Shown here piece after piece: positions 54,663 through 64,000 of a stretch of 64,000 nucleotides of DNA; position 1 is the first letter of the stretch, and each line of letters begins with the position of its first letter. Source of the DNA: an uncultured bacterium (lineage in GTDB: Bacteria; Acidobacteriota; Aminicenantia; UBA2199); NCBI GenBank assembly GCA_965603365.1, contig CBFDCR010000010.1:27425-91424 (forward strand), read 5' to 3'. The notes below the pieces were generated by a model that did no database searches, was not told the DNA's origin, and saw nothing but the letters and a program-made list of their open reading frames with translations. The position numbers were made by a program, and so were the translations under genes.

Positions 54663-55847
54663 TTATTCTAAGAGGGTTGAGATGTAGACGATGTCGATGC
54701 CTGCCCCTTTGATCCGGGGAATGGAATCGCGGATGGCCCGGAAAGTCGTCTCATAAGGATGGCCGATGGCGATGGCTTTGCCCTTTTGCCTGGCCTTCAG
54801 GATCAACTTTTTAATCTGGTTGAGGGAATATTCATAGGTGGTGTCGCCGTTGCCGATATCCTCCAGGAACACATCCCGTTCCGCTGCCTTTATTTTCAGC
54901 TTTTTGGCCATCCGGTAGGCCACTGTTTGGGGACTGGTGCGGGAGTCGAGGAAAAATAGGTTTTCCTCTTTGATGATACCCAATACCCGTTTCATGACCT
55001 CTTTATTGGACGTTGCCAGCGAGCCTTCGTGGTTGTTAACGCCCCGGGCGTAGGGGACCTTTTGCCTGGCTACTTTGAGTAATTCCCTGATATCGTCATC
55101 ACCTGAGCGAAGAGTGATAACTCTATGGGGATTGTGTTTTTCCCCATGAGAATTTATCCTTTGCATCGGCAGGTGAATCATGGTCTCCAGCCCGTACATG
55201 TGGAGCTGCCTGGCCTCATCGTAGGCATAGGGGGCATGGGGCAAGACGGAACCGGTGATGGGGATGTTGAGTTGCTTCAATTGCAGGGCGCCCCGATCGT
55301 TGTTGCCGATATCATCGATGACAAAGGCTACCCTGGGACGGTTCTGTTCCTTTTTGATTCTTTTTTTGGCCACGGTTTTGTCAGGACTGACCGCCGTAAT
55401 TAAGATGATGTGGGTGGTGTCTCGGCCTGCCTTCACATTGTAGAGATAAAGGGTCTTGTGGTCGAGCTTCTGGAGTTCCGAAAGTTCCAGTTTTAAAGGA
55501 CCGGCGGCCTGTTTTACAAGCTTTTTGATTTTTTCTGAGATCGACCTGTAATTTGCCGCCGGGATCTCGATTTTATAATGGTATTTTTTGTCCCGGTCCT
55601 TGAGGTAATCGTATTTGACCTTTTGTTCTTGCAAAAACCCCAGCAGTTGGGAGTTGAATGGTGTGGCTGTTTCGACCTTTTTATCGGCGGTTAGAGGCAC
55701 AATTTTGGTAAAGATAAATGAGGGTTTTCCCTTTTTATAGTCCAGATATTCCAGTAAAATGACGGTCAACAAGGCGATGATGATGAAAATCAGTAAAATA
55801 ATCCCCGGGGTTTTTTTGGGGGCTTTTTTTCTCTTACGGCCGGGCAT
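54663..55847 (-). CDS. divergent polysaccharide deacetylase family protein (YibQ-like)
   Basis: An N-terminal TM anchor is present. Motifs are RVAFVIDDIGN and GVNNHEGS. Its position downstream of EnvC-like and S41 genes matches other diderm bacteria. Confidence 0.7.
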   Translation of the reverse strand: MPGRKRKKAPKKTPGIILLIFIIIALLTVILLEYLDYKKGKPSFIFTKIVPLTADKKVETATPFNSQLLGFLQEQKVKYDYLKDRDKKYHYKIEIPAANYRSISEKIKKLVKQAAGPLKLELSELQKLDHKTLYLYNVKAGRDTTHIILITAVSPDKTVAKKRIKKEQNRPRVAFVIDDIGNNDRGALQLKQLNIPITGSVLPHAPYAYDEARQLHMYGLETMIHLPMQRINSHGEKHNPHRVITLRSGDDDIRELLKVARQKVPYARGVNNHEGSLATSNKEVMKRVLGIIKEENLFFLDSRTSPQTVAYRMAKKLKIKAAERDVFLEDIGNGDTTYEYSLNQIKKLILKARQKGKAIAIGHPYETTFRAIRDSIPRIKGAGIDIVYISTLLE

Positions 55848-56965
55848 TATTTTTTATCCCTGTGAAGCGCTGAGAGGCATCGGCCGATCAATCGACCGTC
55901 ATCCGTTTCGTCGGTCTCCACCGTGGGGACTACCTTTGAATCGCAGAGGGGCCGCCCATCTAGCTGAAATGTTCCGGCGGTGAGTAGAACCGAACTTCCG
56001 TCTTCCAGTTCGATCTTCTTGAGGGTGGCCGCGAATCCGGGAGTAGCGGTGCCCACCAGGACGGCGCCATTTGCCTTGAACAGGGCGGCCAAAAGCTCGC
56101 CGTACATGATGGCGGATGGACCGGTGATAACGGCAGCCCGTCCGGTGAAGGCCTGCGGCGAGCCCGACCGGATCACTTCCTCACCCCCTTTGGTCTTCAG
56201 GGTAAGGCGGTCGTTCTCTTTAAAGAATATTTTAGAAATCTCGATGAAGGAGTCGAAATCTCCACCGGAATATTTTCTCAAGTCAACAATCAATGTGGAA
56301 ATGGATTTCTTCTCAAATTTATTCTTTAAAAAGTCGATGCTGTTGGGGTCTATTCGCAGTAATTGAATCAAGTAGACATGACTCTTAATCCTCTTGAAGA
56401 CGGTGCCGGTGCCGAGCCGTCTGGTTTTTAAAGAGATTTTTTCCGGTTTGTTTGAATTTTTTCTAAAGATGGTTAACTCGATGGCTTCCGGTTGATCCGA
56501 CAGCAAGGAGAGATACATCTCCCAGAAGGAAAGCGAATAGATACTGTCGCCCTGTACGCCTTTGATGATATCTCCCGGTTTCAACCCGCCTCTGTCTGCC
56601 GGGGAATCCGCTAAAATATCGGAAATATAAAAATAATTCTGCCGTTTGGCACCATAAATACCCAGCCCATGGACGTCTCCCTTTTGATACCGATCGTAAA
56701 TCCTGCTCGTTTTATGGTCCAGGTAAGCGGAACAATGATCCAGTTGCCGCAGCAAGGCCGAGAAGGCTCCGGGAAACTTAACTGCCGGGTCTATCTCATC
56801 GACGTAGTCTGTTTTTACCAGGGCCGCGACTTCGGCAAATAGCGATAAATATCCATAATCTCTTTTCTTTTCCCCTTCGGGCAAAAACAGCTTTTTACCG
56901 GCAAACAGGCCCCAAAAAAGCAACACCGTTATCAAAAACAAAAGACCCTGATTCAATTTCTTCAT
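55847..56965 (-). CDS. S41 family C-terminal processing peptidase with a PDZ domain
   Basis: The PDZ-like segment is GGLKPGDIIKGVQGD and the S41-like core is LIVDLRKYSGGDF. The start is set at MKKLNQGLLFLITVLL (RBS GGAAGGA). The longer track ORF (to 57103) overlaps the upstream gene. Confidence 0.7.
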   Translation of the reverse strand: MKKLNQGLLFLITVLLFWGLFAGKKLFLPEGEKKRDYGYLSLFAEVAALVKTDYVDEIDPAVKFPGAFSALLRQLDHCSAYLDHKTSRIYDRYQKGDVHGLGIYGAKRQNYFYISDILADSPADRGGLKPGDIIKGVQGDSIYSLSFWEMYLSLLSDQPEAIELTIFRKNSNKPEKISLKTRRLGTGTVFKRIKSHVYLIQLLRIDPNSIDFLKNKFEKKSISTLIVDLRKYSGGDFDSFIEISKIFFKENDRLTLKTKGGEEVIRSGSPQAFTGRAAVITGPSAIMYGELLAALFKANGAVLVGTATPGFAATLKKIELEDGSSVLLTAGTFQLDGRPLCDSKVVPTVETDETDDGRLIGRCLSALHRDKK

Positions 56966-56987
56966 GGAATTTCCTTCCCCTATTTTA

Positions 56988-58121
56988 TCATTTTTTACGC
57001 AGCCACTGCAAGGGATTCTGGGGCTGCAACTGCTTGCGAATTTCAAAATACAGGGATTTTCCTGAGGTGGAGCCGGTATCGCCGGCAACGGCAATAATAT
57101 CACCGGTGTTCACCGCTTTACCTCTTTGTATGTCTATCTTCTCACAGTGGCCATACATGGAGTGGAAGTCCTTGGAATGCTGAATAATCACCAGGTTGCC
57201 GTAGCCCTTCCAATAATCGGCAAACACCACTTCACCGGGATAGACGGCCTTCACTTCATCCGATTGGGCGGGTTTGATTTCAATGCCGTTGTTGATGATA
57301 TAGGTGTCGAATTGGGTACTCTTTCGCTTGCCGAAATGGGAAATCACTCTTCCGGGGAGCGGCCAGATCAACTTTCCCTTCAGGTTGTCGATGTTTTCAA
57401 TATGAAAATAGGCGTCGGTGGTCTTGCCGGATATCAGCGCCTTGAGACTCTGGGCTTCGTATTTGAGTTCATCCAGAAGGGTGTGATATTCCTTTTTGTC
57501 CTTGTTGATCTGCATAATGAGGTTCAGCTTTTGCCGCTTTAATCCGGAAATGTTGCGGAGCTTGCGCTCCTTCATCTGCTTTAAATCCCTCAACCGCTGC
57601 TGTTCTTTCTCCAATTGGGACTTAACCGTTTCCAGTTCCTTCATGTTCTGTTTGACTTTTTTCAGCTCCCCCATATGGATATTGATCAAAGAGGTAAACA
57701 AGCGGTAATTACGAAACAATTGATTCAGGTCGTTGATACGGGCAAATAATTTGAAATAAGTATTTCCTCCTACTTTATATAGAATCCGAAGCAATTGTTT
57801 GATTTTTTCATTGGATTTTTTTATTTCCAGCTCCAACCGCCTCTGCTCCCGCCTCTTCTTCTCTATTTTCTCTCCCACCCATTTGAGCTGCATGCCGATG
57901 CGGTTGCTCTCGACTTTTTCCTTTTCGTAATTCAATTCGATTTTATAGATTTCATTCAAAAGCGAGCTTTTTTCACTCTTCAATTGCTGCATCTTGCGGT
58001 TGATCTCTTGAATTTGCCTGCTGATGGCCGCCAATTTCTCCTTTTTTGTGGCAGCCGCAGGCCCCAGAAGTATTCCCCAGCCCAGCAGCCATAGTATGAA
58101 GAACGTACGATTCGGTTTCAT
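56988..58121 (-). CDS. EnvC-like murein hydrolase activator (coiled coil + M23/LytM domain)
   Basis: A signal peptide is followed by a long heptad-rich region and a C-terminal LytM domain (GYGNLVIIQHSKDFHSMYGH...GDTGSTSGKSLYFEIR). Confidence 0.8.
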   Translation of the reverse strand: MKPNRTFFILWLLGWGILLGPAAATKKEKLAAISRQIQEINRKMQQLKSEKSSLLNEIYKIELNYEKEKVESNRIGMQLKWVGEKIEKKRREQRRLELEIKKSNEKIKQLLRILYKVGGNTYFKLFARINDLNQLFRNYRLFTSLINIHMGELKKVKQNMKELETVKSQLEKEQQRLRDLKQMKERKLRNISGLKRQKLNLIMQINKDKKEYHTLLDELKYEAQSLKALISGKTTDAYFHIENIDNLKGKLIWPLPGRVISHFGKRKSTQFDTYIINNGIEIKPAQSDEVKAVYPGEVVFADYWKGYGNLVIIQHSKDFHSMYGHCEKIDIQRGKAVNTGDIIAVAGDTGSTSGKSLYFEIRKQLQPQNPLQWLRKK

Positions 58122-58138
58122 TTCACAGAAAAATTTTT

Positions 58139-59152
58139 TTAAAAATCCAGGAGTTCAACCTCGAAAATCAAGAAGGAATTGGGAGGAATGGGGCCTCGAC
58201 CCTGCTTGCCATAGGCCAGATGGGGAGGGAGAATCAACAACCTCTTTTCTCCCTTTTTCATGTCCAGAACCGCCTCATCGAAACCGGGGATCATTTGCCT
58301 CATGCCCACCGCAAATTCCAGCGGTTGGCCTTTGTCTGCGGAACTTTCCAGCTTCCGGCCGTCCAGGAAGGATACGGTGTAATGCACCTTCACCTTCGTT
58401 TCCCTTGCCGGTTTCTCTCCTCTTCCCTCGTTTTTCACGATGAAGCGTAAGCCGCTTTCCTTTTTTTGGGCATTGGGCCATTTTTGCTCCACCAACTCCG
58501 TGTCTAACCGGAGCTTCTCCGCCAGTTCCCGCTGGATTTTTTCTGTGGCTGCCTTCACCATTTTCTGAAAGGTCTCTGTATTGGGCTTGAACTTTTTCGC
58601 CGCCTCACCGGTTCTGTAGATTTTAACGCTCTCGATGGTATCACCTTGCTCAATCCGATTCATTACCTCCATACCCTGGATGACCTTACCGAAAACGGAG
58701 TAACCGCCGTCCAGGTTGGGGGTGGCTTTTAGGGTGAGATAAAATTGGCTGCCGTTGGTATGGGGGCCGCGATTGGCCATGGCCAGGATGCCCGGGCCAT
58801 CGTGTTTGAGGTCAGGGTGAATCTCATTGGGGAAGATGTAACCAGGTCCGCCGCTGCCGTCGCCTTTGGGGTCGCCGGCCTGGATGACAAAATCCGGAAC
58901 CACCCGATGGAAGGTCACACCGTCAAAATAAAGCTCTCCTTTGGCCTTAGCGGAGTTCTGAATTGTCCCCTCGGCCAGGCCCACGAAGTTGGCCACCGTC
59001 ATAGGTACCTTTTCCAGGGCCAGAGAGGCGACGATTAATCCCTTGCCGGTTTCGATCTCCGCATACAGGCCGTCCTGCTTGTATTTATTTTTCTGACAGT
59101 TTGCCAGTAAAAGTATTGCCATTAGTATTGAAGTGAGTAAAATTTTTCTCAT
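58139..59152 (-). CDS. dual-family peptidyl-prolyl isomerase: N-terminal cyclophilin + C-terminal FKBP, probable lipoprotein
   Basis: The cyclophilin motif is FHRVVPDFVIQAGDP.GDGSGGPGY...LAMAN.GP.TNGSQF. The FKBP motif is VKVHYTVSFLDGRKLESS...PLEFAVGMRQMIPGFDEAVLDMKKGEKR...LAYG. The start is set at MRKILLTSILMAILLLANC (RBS GGAGG). Confidence 0.85.
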   Translation of the reverse strand: MRKILLTSILMAILLLANCQKNKYKQDGLYAEIETGKGLIVASLALEKVPMTVANFVGLAEGTIQNSAKAKGELYFDGVTFHRVVPDFVIQAGDPKGDGSGGPGYIFPNEIHPDLKHDGPGILAMANRGPHTNGSQFYLTLKATPNLDGGYSVFGKVIQGMEVMNRIEQGDTIESVKIYRTGEAAKKFKPNTETFQKMVKAATEKIQRELAEKLRLDTELVEQKWPNAQKKESGLRFIVKNEGRGEKPARETKVKVHYTVSFLDGRKLESSADKGQPLEFAVGMRQMIPGFDEAVLDMKKGEKRLLILPPHLAYGKQGRGPIPPNSFLIFEVELLDF

Positions 59153-59674
59153 TGAAACCTCCGTCAACAATTACCATAAATGGAAACGAAGAAAAAGTCA
59201 ACTGATTAAACTGGAAATAATAGGGGAAAAGATATTTTAGGGCCATCCATCTCTTCACCGCATACCACCGGTACATCCGGCAGCAGCACTTCGCATTGGC
59301 CGCAATTTTTCAGTAACTCTCCCAATTGCACAATGATTTTACTGCCGGTCCACTGGTGCTTCTTGACCGGTGTAGGGGTCATGGCATAGGGAATCCCGCC
59401 AATCAATTCCCAGCGCCGGTGTCCTCATCATTTTCACATCTCCTACCTGGTCCCCAACGATCGGGTAGGAGAGATCCGCTCTCTAATCAGGGAAGGGATT
59501 TTTTGCCTGACGACTATTTTCTCTAAATATTTGAAATTATATTTATATTCTGGTATAAATGAGTCGGAGTCAAAAATGGAAAACATGGCAAAACAATCCC
59601 GACACTGCCAAAAATTCGATCAGTCTGGTGTCATAAATATATTTTCTTATGAAAAAAAATAAAGGAGGAGTAAG

Positions 59675-60271
59675 ATGGCAAAAAGCAAAGCGAAAGGAAA
59701 AATGAGTAAATTCATTTTTGAGGATACCGTAGTCACTGTCGCTGTGGCGATAGGCATCCTGGGAGGCGGAATCATGAGCCTTTTCGCAAAAGTACCGCCC
59801 ATTATCGTCAGCATCTTCCTGGGAATGGGGATTTCCTCATTAGTCTATCGATTTCTTGGTGGGATTAATCAAGATAATTCCATCACGCTCAAAGGTATCA
59901 AATTAACCGGAACGGTTGCGGTCTTGATAGGTTGCGCATTAATTATTAACACTGAATTAGCCAGACAGTTAAAACCGGCAAAATCGGAAAGTAAGAATCT
60001 AATCCTGGAGGTCCGCGAAGGTGATTTTCTGAGTCGGGATATTGAAGTAAGGATCGAGAACGAAGATGAATTCATTGAACCGGTCAAAAATAAAGATGGT
60101 GAATTGAAAGAGGGTAAATTTTCTATACCCCTGGAGAAAATTCAACTGGAACCCAAAATCTTCATTTCTCAAAATCGCGGCTCCGAAGAAGAAGGCGCCC
60201 AAAACAGTGAAATAATCCATAAGATAGAATACATCCATGGTACTGACCCCATCTTAAAGGTACATTTATAA
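59675..60271 (+). CDS. hypothetical membrane protein
   Basis: RBS AGGAGGAG is present. Three hydrophobic segments lie in the first ~100 aa. The gene is AT-rich and I recognise no family. Confidence 0.5.
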   Translation: MAKSKAKGKMSKFIFEDTVVTVAVAIGILGGGIMSLFAKVPPIIVSIFLGMGISSLVYRFLGGINQDNSITLKGIKLTGTVAVLIGCALIINTELARQLKPAKSESKNLILEVREGDFLSRDIEVRIENEDEFIEPVKNKDGELKEGKFSIPLEKIQLEPKIFISQNRGSEEEGAQNSEIIHKIEYIHGTDPILKVHL

Positions 60272-60276
60272 GGCAA

Positions 60277-61266
60277 ATGAAGGAGGAAACTATGTTTAGA
60301 ATACGTAATCCAAAGTTGTTTGTTTTTATGATAGGCCTGGTTTTCGCTTATACAGCTTTTGCCAGTGGCTTAAATTTAGACGATATCTTGAAGGCTATTC
60401 AATCTAAAGATTTTTCACAACGCCGGCATGCACGAGAATCGTTAGGCAAATACCTGGAAAGCATTAGCGAATCACAACGTAACAAGGATGTTAAACAGTT
60501 GCTTGATTCATTTACACTTCCATCAAGCAGCTACTACTACAAACTTGGTATATGCGAAGGCATCGGGAAAATGAGAAAAGCTTCCTGGGAGGTGGAGAAC
60601 CAGGAAGAAACGGAAAAAAAACTATACGCTCTTTTTAAAAAAGAGAAAAATAACACCCTCAAAAGAAGCATAGACGACGCTTTAATGACGGCACGTGGTT
60701 TGTATTGGGATGCCATCCATGATTACAATAACGACCGGGTCGATCAACCGGATTCCGTTGCGAAAAAATTTCAGCGGGTTTTTCATGTTTATCCGGCCAG
60801 CCGACGGGCGCCTGGCGCTCACTTTTACCTGGCAAGATATTACACTAGAGCTTATTTTATACTAAAGGCTCAAAACAAAAAACCGGCCCCCGGTGTTTGG
60901 ATTGAAAAGTCGAATGACGCTTTTAAAGGGTTTATATCGAAAGTAATGGATAATAAGTATAAAACGAAGAAATTGCAGGAGGCCCGGTATTTTATGGCCC
61001 TGAATTTCGTCTTGCTAAAAAAATTTAAAGAAGCAAATGCTCTACTAAAAAAAATTATGGCAGATTCCCAGGGAAAAAATTACACAATTTACGTTTATCA
61101 ATTCTATTTTTCATACAAAAAAAACGATCTCATTGACAAATACTTCATAGCTTTCGACCTGGCTCAGTACACACTGAACTACCTCAACGAAAACCCTGTG
61201 TATAATGAAAATTATCTGCCCTCGTTTATCGAATATCTTAAAAAGTTCATTACAAGAAGAATATAG
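60277..61266 (+). CDS. hypothetical secreted protein (helical-repeat-like)
   Basis: RBS AAGGAGG is present, with a signal-like hydrophobic segment (LFVFMIGLVFAYTAFA). The protein is Lys-rich and helical in appearance, and I recognise no family. Confidence 0.5.
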   Translation: MKEETMFRIRNPKLFVFMIGLVFAYTAFASGLNLDDILKAIQSKDFSQRRHARESLGKYLESISESQRNKDVKQLLDSFTLPSSSYYYKLGICEGIGKMRKASWEVENQEETEKKLYALFKKEKNNTLKRSIDDALMTARGLYWDAIHDYNNDRVDQPDSVAKKFQRVFHVYPASRRAPGAHFYLARYYTRAYFILKAQNKKPAPGVWIEKSNDAFKGFISKVMDNKYKTKKLQEARYFMALNFVLLKKFKEANALLKKIMADSQGKNYTIYVYQFYFSYKKNDLIDKYFIAFDLAQYTLNYLNENPVYNENYLPSFIEYLKKFITRRI

Positions 61267-61673
61267 GAGAGAGGAAGATGATAAAGTATTGAATTTTACC
61301 AAAGAGCTTCTTCGAGTTCAAGTTCATTTGACGGTAAATCCTGGACACACTCAAAATGATGCCCCTTTTTTGGCAATGTCGGGGTTTTTACCCCAACGAC
61401 GGGCTTTTAAGGGACAAAGAGGTGATTATCGATCATAAAAGGGGGGAGCAAAGAAATGTGTTCGTTTGCGGACAGGCGATGTACGGCCAGCGAACAGGAT
61501 AAAGAAACAAATTAGGGGCCGTGGGCCGTAAATCTTTCGATACAGTCTATGTTTGGGGACATGTGGTTTTTTTATTTATTCAGGCATGGATATTGCTGCA
61601 TAAAATATATGAAAATAGAACTTTTTTCGAATAGTTTCGTATGTAATTTATTTAGTGCAAGCGGAGGATTTGT

Positions 61674-63224
61674 ATGAGAAAAATAATGGCATTATTAATA
61701 CTGGTTGGCTATTTGGCCGCACTTCCGGTTCCCCAGGAAGAGCCGACAAAGGAATTAACGTTAAAGGATGCTATAGTTCTGGCATTGAAACGCAACCTTG
61801 ATTTGCAGGTAGAAATGACCACCCCGGAGCTCTCCTGGCAGGCCTTAAAGGTCAACAATGCCATTTTTATCCCCAGGTTAGAAGTATCCCTTCAAGATCA
61901 GGAAACCAACTCCCCGGCCACCGATGCCTTCAGCGGAGCCGATGTGGTGAAAAGGGAGACCGAAACGTTAAGCTTGAAATTATCCCAGCAGATTGCTCTG
62001 GGCGGCACCTTCGAGGTGGAAATGACGAACCAGAGGGTCAGATCCAACAGCATCTGGAGTACCATCAATCCGAGCCTTGGCTCTAGCCTGACATTTACGC
62101 TGGCCCAGCCGCTGTTGAAAAACTTCGGCACCTTTTCCACCAAAAAAGATATATATATCGCCGCCAATGACTATAGAAAGAGCAAATTACAGTTAAAACA
62201 GGCTGTCATCGACCTGGTCTATAACGTAGAGGATGCCTACTGGAACCTGGTTTATGCCTACCAGGAGCTGGATGCCAGGAAAAAATCTCTGCAGCGTTCC
62301 CAGGATCTACTGCGCCAGAATGAGATCAAGGTCCGGGTGGGGGCTGCCGCCCGCATGGATATCCTCCAATCCCAGGCAGAGGTGGCCTCTTACGAGAGCC
62401 AGGTCATCCAGGCGGAGAAAACCATCCAGATGGCGGAAGACTACTTGAAACGGATCCTCAATTTAAGCCAACAAGAGGAAAAACTCATTCCTTCCGATAG
62501 GCCCGAGATTAAACCGGTGGAGACCGATTTTAATGCCTTCCTGCTGGAGGCATTGGAAAACCGGCCGGATATCGGCCAGGCCAGGTTGGAGCTGAAAAAC
62601 CACAATATAAACGTCAAATATGCCCGCAACCAGATGCTGCCGGACCTTCAACTGACCGCCACCTACTGGACCACCGGCCAGGGGGGTGACCAGATTATAT
62701 ACGATCAATCTCCACTTTTTGGCGGCGTACCTATCGGCTTTGTTCAGAAAGATATCTGGGAAACCGTCAAAGATACGGTCTCAAATCTATATCGAAATTA
62801 CCAGGTGGGATTACGGTTGAGCATTCCCTTAAGTTTTTCCCGGGAAAGGGCCCAGTTGGCCCAGGCTAAAATTAATCTGAAACGGGGGTTCCTGAATTTA
62901 AAAAATATCGAAAATACCATCTACTCTGAGGTTAAAGAGGTGATCAAGGAACTGGAGGCCAACCAGAAGCTGGTGGAATCCAACCAGATTGCCCTGAAAC
63001 TCCAGGAAGAGAAGTTAAAAGCAGAGCAGAAGAAATTATCGGTGGGACTCACCACCAATTTTGAAGTGTTGAACTACCAGCGTGATGTTGCCCAGGCCGA
63101 AACCAACCTGTTGAATTCCATCAAAGAATACAACATGACGGTTGCCCGGATCAACCGGAGACTGGGAAAAACCCTCAACGCCTACAGCATCAAGTTCAAG
63201 GATTTCCTAAAAGAAATAAAATAG
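61674..63224 (+). CDS. TolC-family outer membrane efflux protein
   Basis: A signal peptide is present. Two OEP repeats have a typical start (LTLKDAIVLALKRNLDLQ) and coiled-coil segments. The length is 516 aa. Confidence 0.8.
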   Translation: MRKIMALLILVGYLAALPVPQEEPTKELTLKDAIVLALKRNLDLQVEMTTPELSWQALKVNNAIFIPRLEVSLQDQETNSPATDAFSGADVVKRETETLSLKLSQQIALGGTFEVEMTNQRVRSNSIWSTINPSLGSSLTFTLAQPLLKNFGTFSTKKDIYIAANDYRKSKLQLKQAVIDLVYNVEDAYWNLVYAYQELDARKKSLQRSQDLLRQNEIKVRVGAAARMDILQSQAEVASYESQVIQAEKTIQMAEDYLKRILNLSQQEEKLIPSDRPEIKPVETDFNAFLLEALENRPDIGQARLELKNHNINVKYARNQMLPDLQLTATYWTTGQGGDQIIYDQSPLFGGVPIGFVQKDIWETVKDTVSNLYRNYQVGLRLSIPLSFSRERAQLAQAKINLKRGFLNLKNIENTIYSEVKEVIKELEANQKLVESNQIALKLQEEKLKAEQKKLSVGLTTNFEVLNYQRDVAQAETNLLNSIKEYNMTVARINRRLGKTLNAYSIKFKDFLKEIK

Positions 63225-63266
63225 ATCGTACCGACGGTTGGGAAATATCGAAATTATTAATTTTGC

Positions 63267-64000
63267 TTAAAACCGCAGGGAGAGACAACTGAGGCCGCCG
63301 TCCAGTTTTCTATATTCCGACACATCGACGACCAGGGTTTGATACCCTGCCTCCTCGATGGCGCTTCGGGTCTTTTCAAAACCCATCGGCAGAAGGACGC
63401 GGTCATTCACCCAGATAGAGTTGGCGGCATACTGTTCTTCGTCGTCGATAGCGATAATCTCAAAATTCTTAAACGCCGGCTGATCGATAAATTCGCCCGC
63501 CGCCAGCAGATGGTTGTTCTCGATATAAGAAACGCCGGTTTTTAAGTGGAGCACATTCTTCAGCGGCAGGACGGAGCCGGTATAGCCGAATCTATCCAGG
63601 ATTTGAATGAATTGCTCGGCTCCGCTGCGATTGGTCCGGCCTGACAAACCGATATAGAAGTGATTGTCCGCCGGCATGACGTCCCCTCCCTCTAAGGTGC
63701 CGGGAAATTCAATGTATTCCGGGTTCGGATAAAAAATCTTTAGCTGTTCTACTATAGCCGTCTCTTCTCCTTTTCGACCTGGAACACCGGGGCAGCAAAT
63801 AACGGCACATCTTTCGGTTAATACGGCCGTGTCCTCCACGAAGGTGGAGTCAGGAAAACGTTCATCAGGTTCCAGGACGGTCACCTTCAGACCGCACGCT
63901 TCCAGGGCTCGCACATAATAGGCGTGCTGGACAATGGCCTTCCGATAATCCGGCTTCCCCAGACCTGCGCCGGAAATACCGTCCGAGAGCCGTTTGCAGG
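63267..64000 (-). CDS. amidinotransferase-fold enzyme, dimethylarginine dimethylaminohydrolase (DDAH)-like; the 5' end lies beyond the window
   Basis: The C-terminal catalytic-Cys context is LDGGLSCLSLRF. The frame stays open upstream of the GTG at 63914 to the window edge (..KAIVQHAYYVRALEACGLKV.., a typical DDAH N-region). Confidence 0.6.
   Translation of the reverse strand, partial: CKRLSDGISGAGLGKPDYRKAIVQHAYYVRALEACGLKVTVLEPDERFPDSTFVEDTAVLTERCAVICCPGVPGRKGEETAIVEQLKIFYPNPEYIEFPGTLEGGDVMPADNHFYIGLSGRTNRSGAEQFIQILDRFGYTGSVLPLKNVLHLKTGVSYIENNHLLAAGEFIDQPAFKNFEIIAIDDEEQYAANSIWVNDRVLLPMGFEKTRSAIEEAGYQTLVVDVSEYRKLDGGLSCLSLRF

Noticed and set aside
59206-59526. 66-aa ORFs on both strands in the 59.2-59.6 kb spacer (one containing CGQCEVLLPD)
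   Set aside because: They have no RBS and no confident family resemblance, and the frames are interrupted just upstream. They may be remnants of a small redox protein gene, but I cannot support a call.
61674-63224. TolC-family gene, considered as the missing exporter component of the peptide system
   Set aside because: It lies about 48 kb away with many unrelated housekeeping genes in between. No adjacent ABC/MFP partner is visible. There is no evidence for a link.

Overview
This 64-kb window looks like it comes from an uncultivated diderm (Gram-negative-type) bacterium with roughly 50% GC, judged by eye. Evidence for a diderm host includes TolC, a TonB-C domain, an outer-membrane beta-barrel protein and lipoproteins. 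I support about 50 protein genes, one initiator tRNA and several gene remnants. There are no rRNA genes, CRISPR arrays or intact transposons.

Most of the window is housekeeping: leuS, pyrE, lhr, recN, htpG, malQ, ggt, a plsC/lipid-kinase/O-methyltransferase operon, an EnvC-S41-YibQ envelope operon, an Nramp transporter and two glycosyltransferases. It also carries many secreted proteases (C1, C39-like, S8, S1-Fn3, S41 and two M23).

The stand-out region is about 2.95-13.6 kb. A near-perfect sigma-54 promoter, preceded by two copies of a 17-bp upstream element, drives two small Cys-containing peptides. These peptides share a 29-aa leader ending in GG or AG and a conserved core motif. A strong hairpin follows them, and then come four radical SAM/SPASM-type enzymes. 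One enzyme has a PqqD-like RRE, a tandem pair has C-terminal SCP2-like domains, and one has a PCP_red-like N-domain. An AT-rich beta-propeller lipoprotein gene sits among them. The operon converges on an operon of two secreted papain-fold cysteine peptidases. I read this as a RiPP-type peptide-modification system that I cannot assign to a described class.

The cluster sits in a decaying accessory region containing a propeller-gene remnant, an MNT/HepT-like remnant, an Rpn remnant, a HigA remnant and one intact toxin-antitoxin pair.

All family calls are made by eye from motifs. No database search, HMM scan, folding or composition calculation was run.
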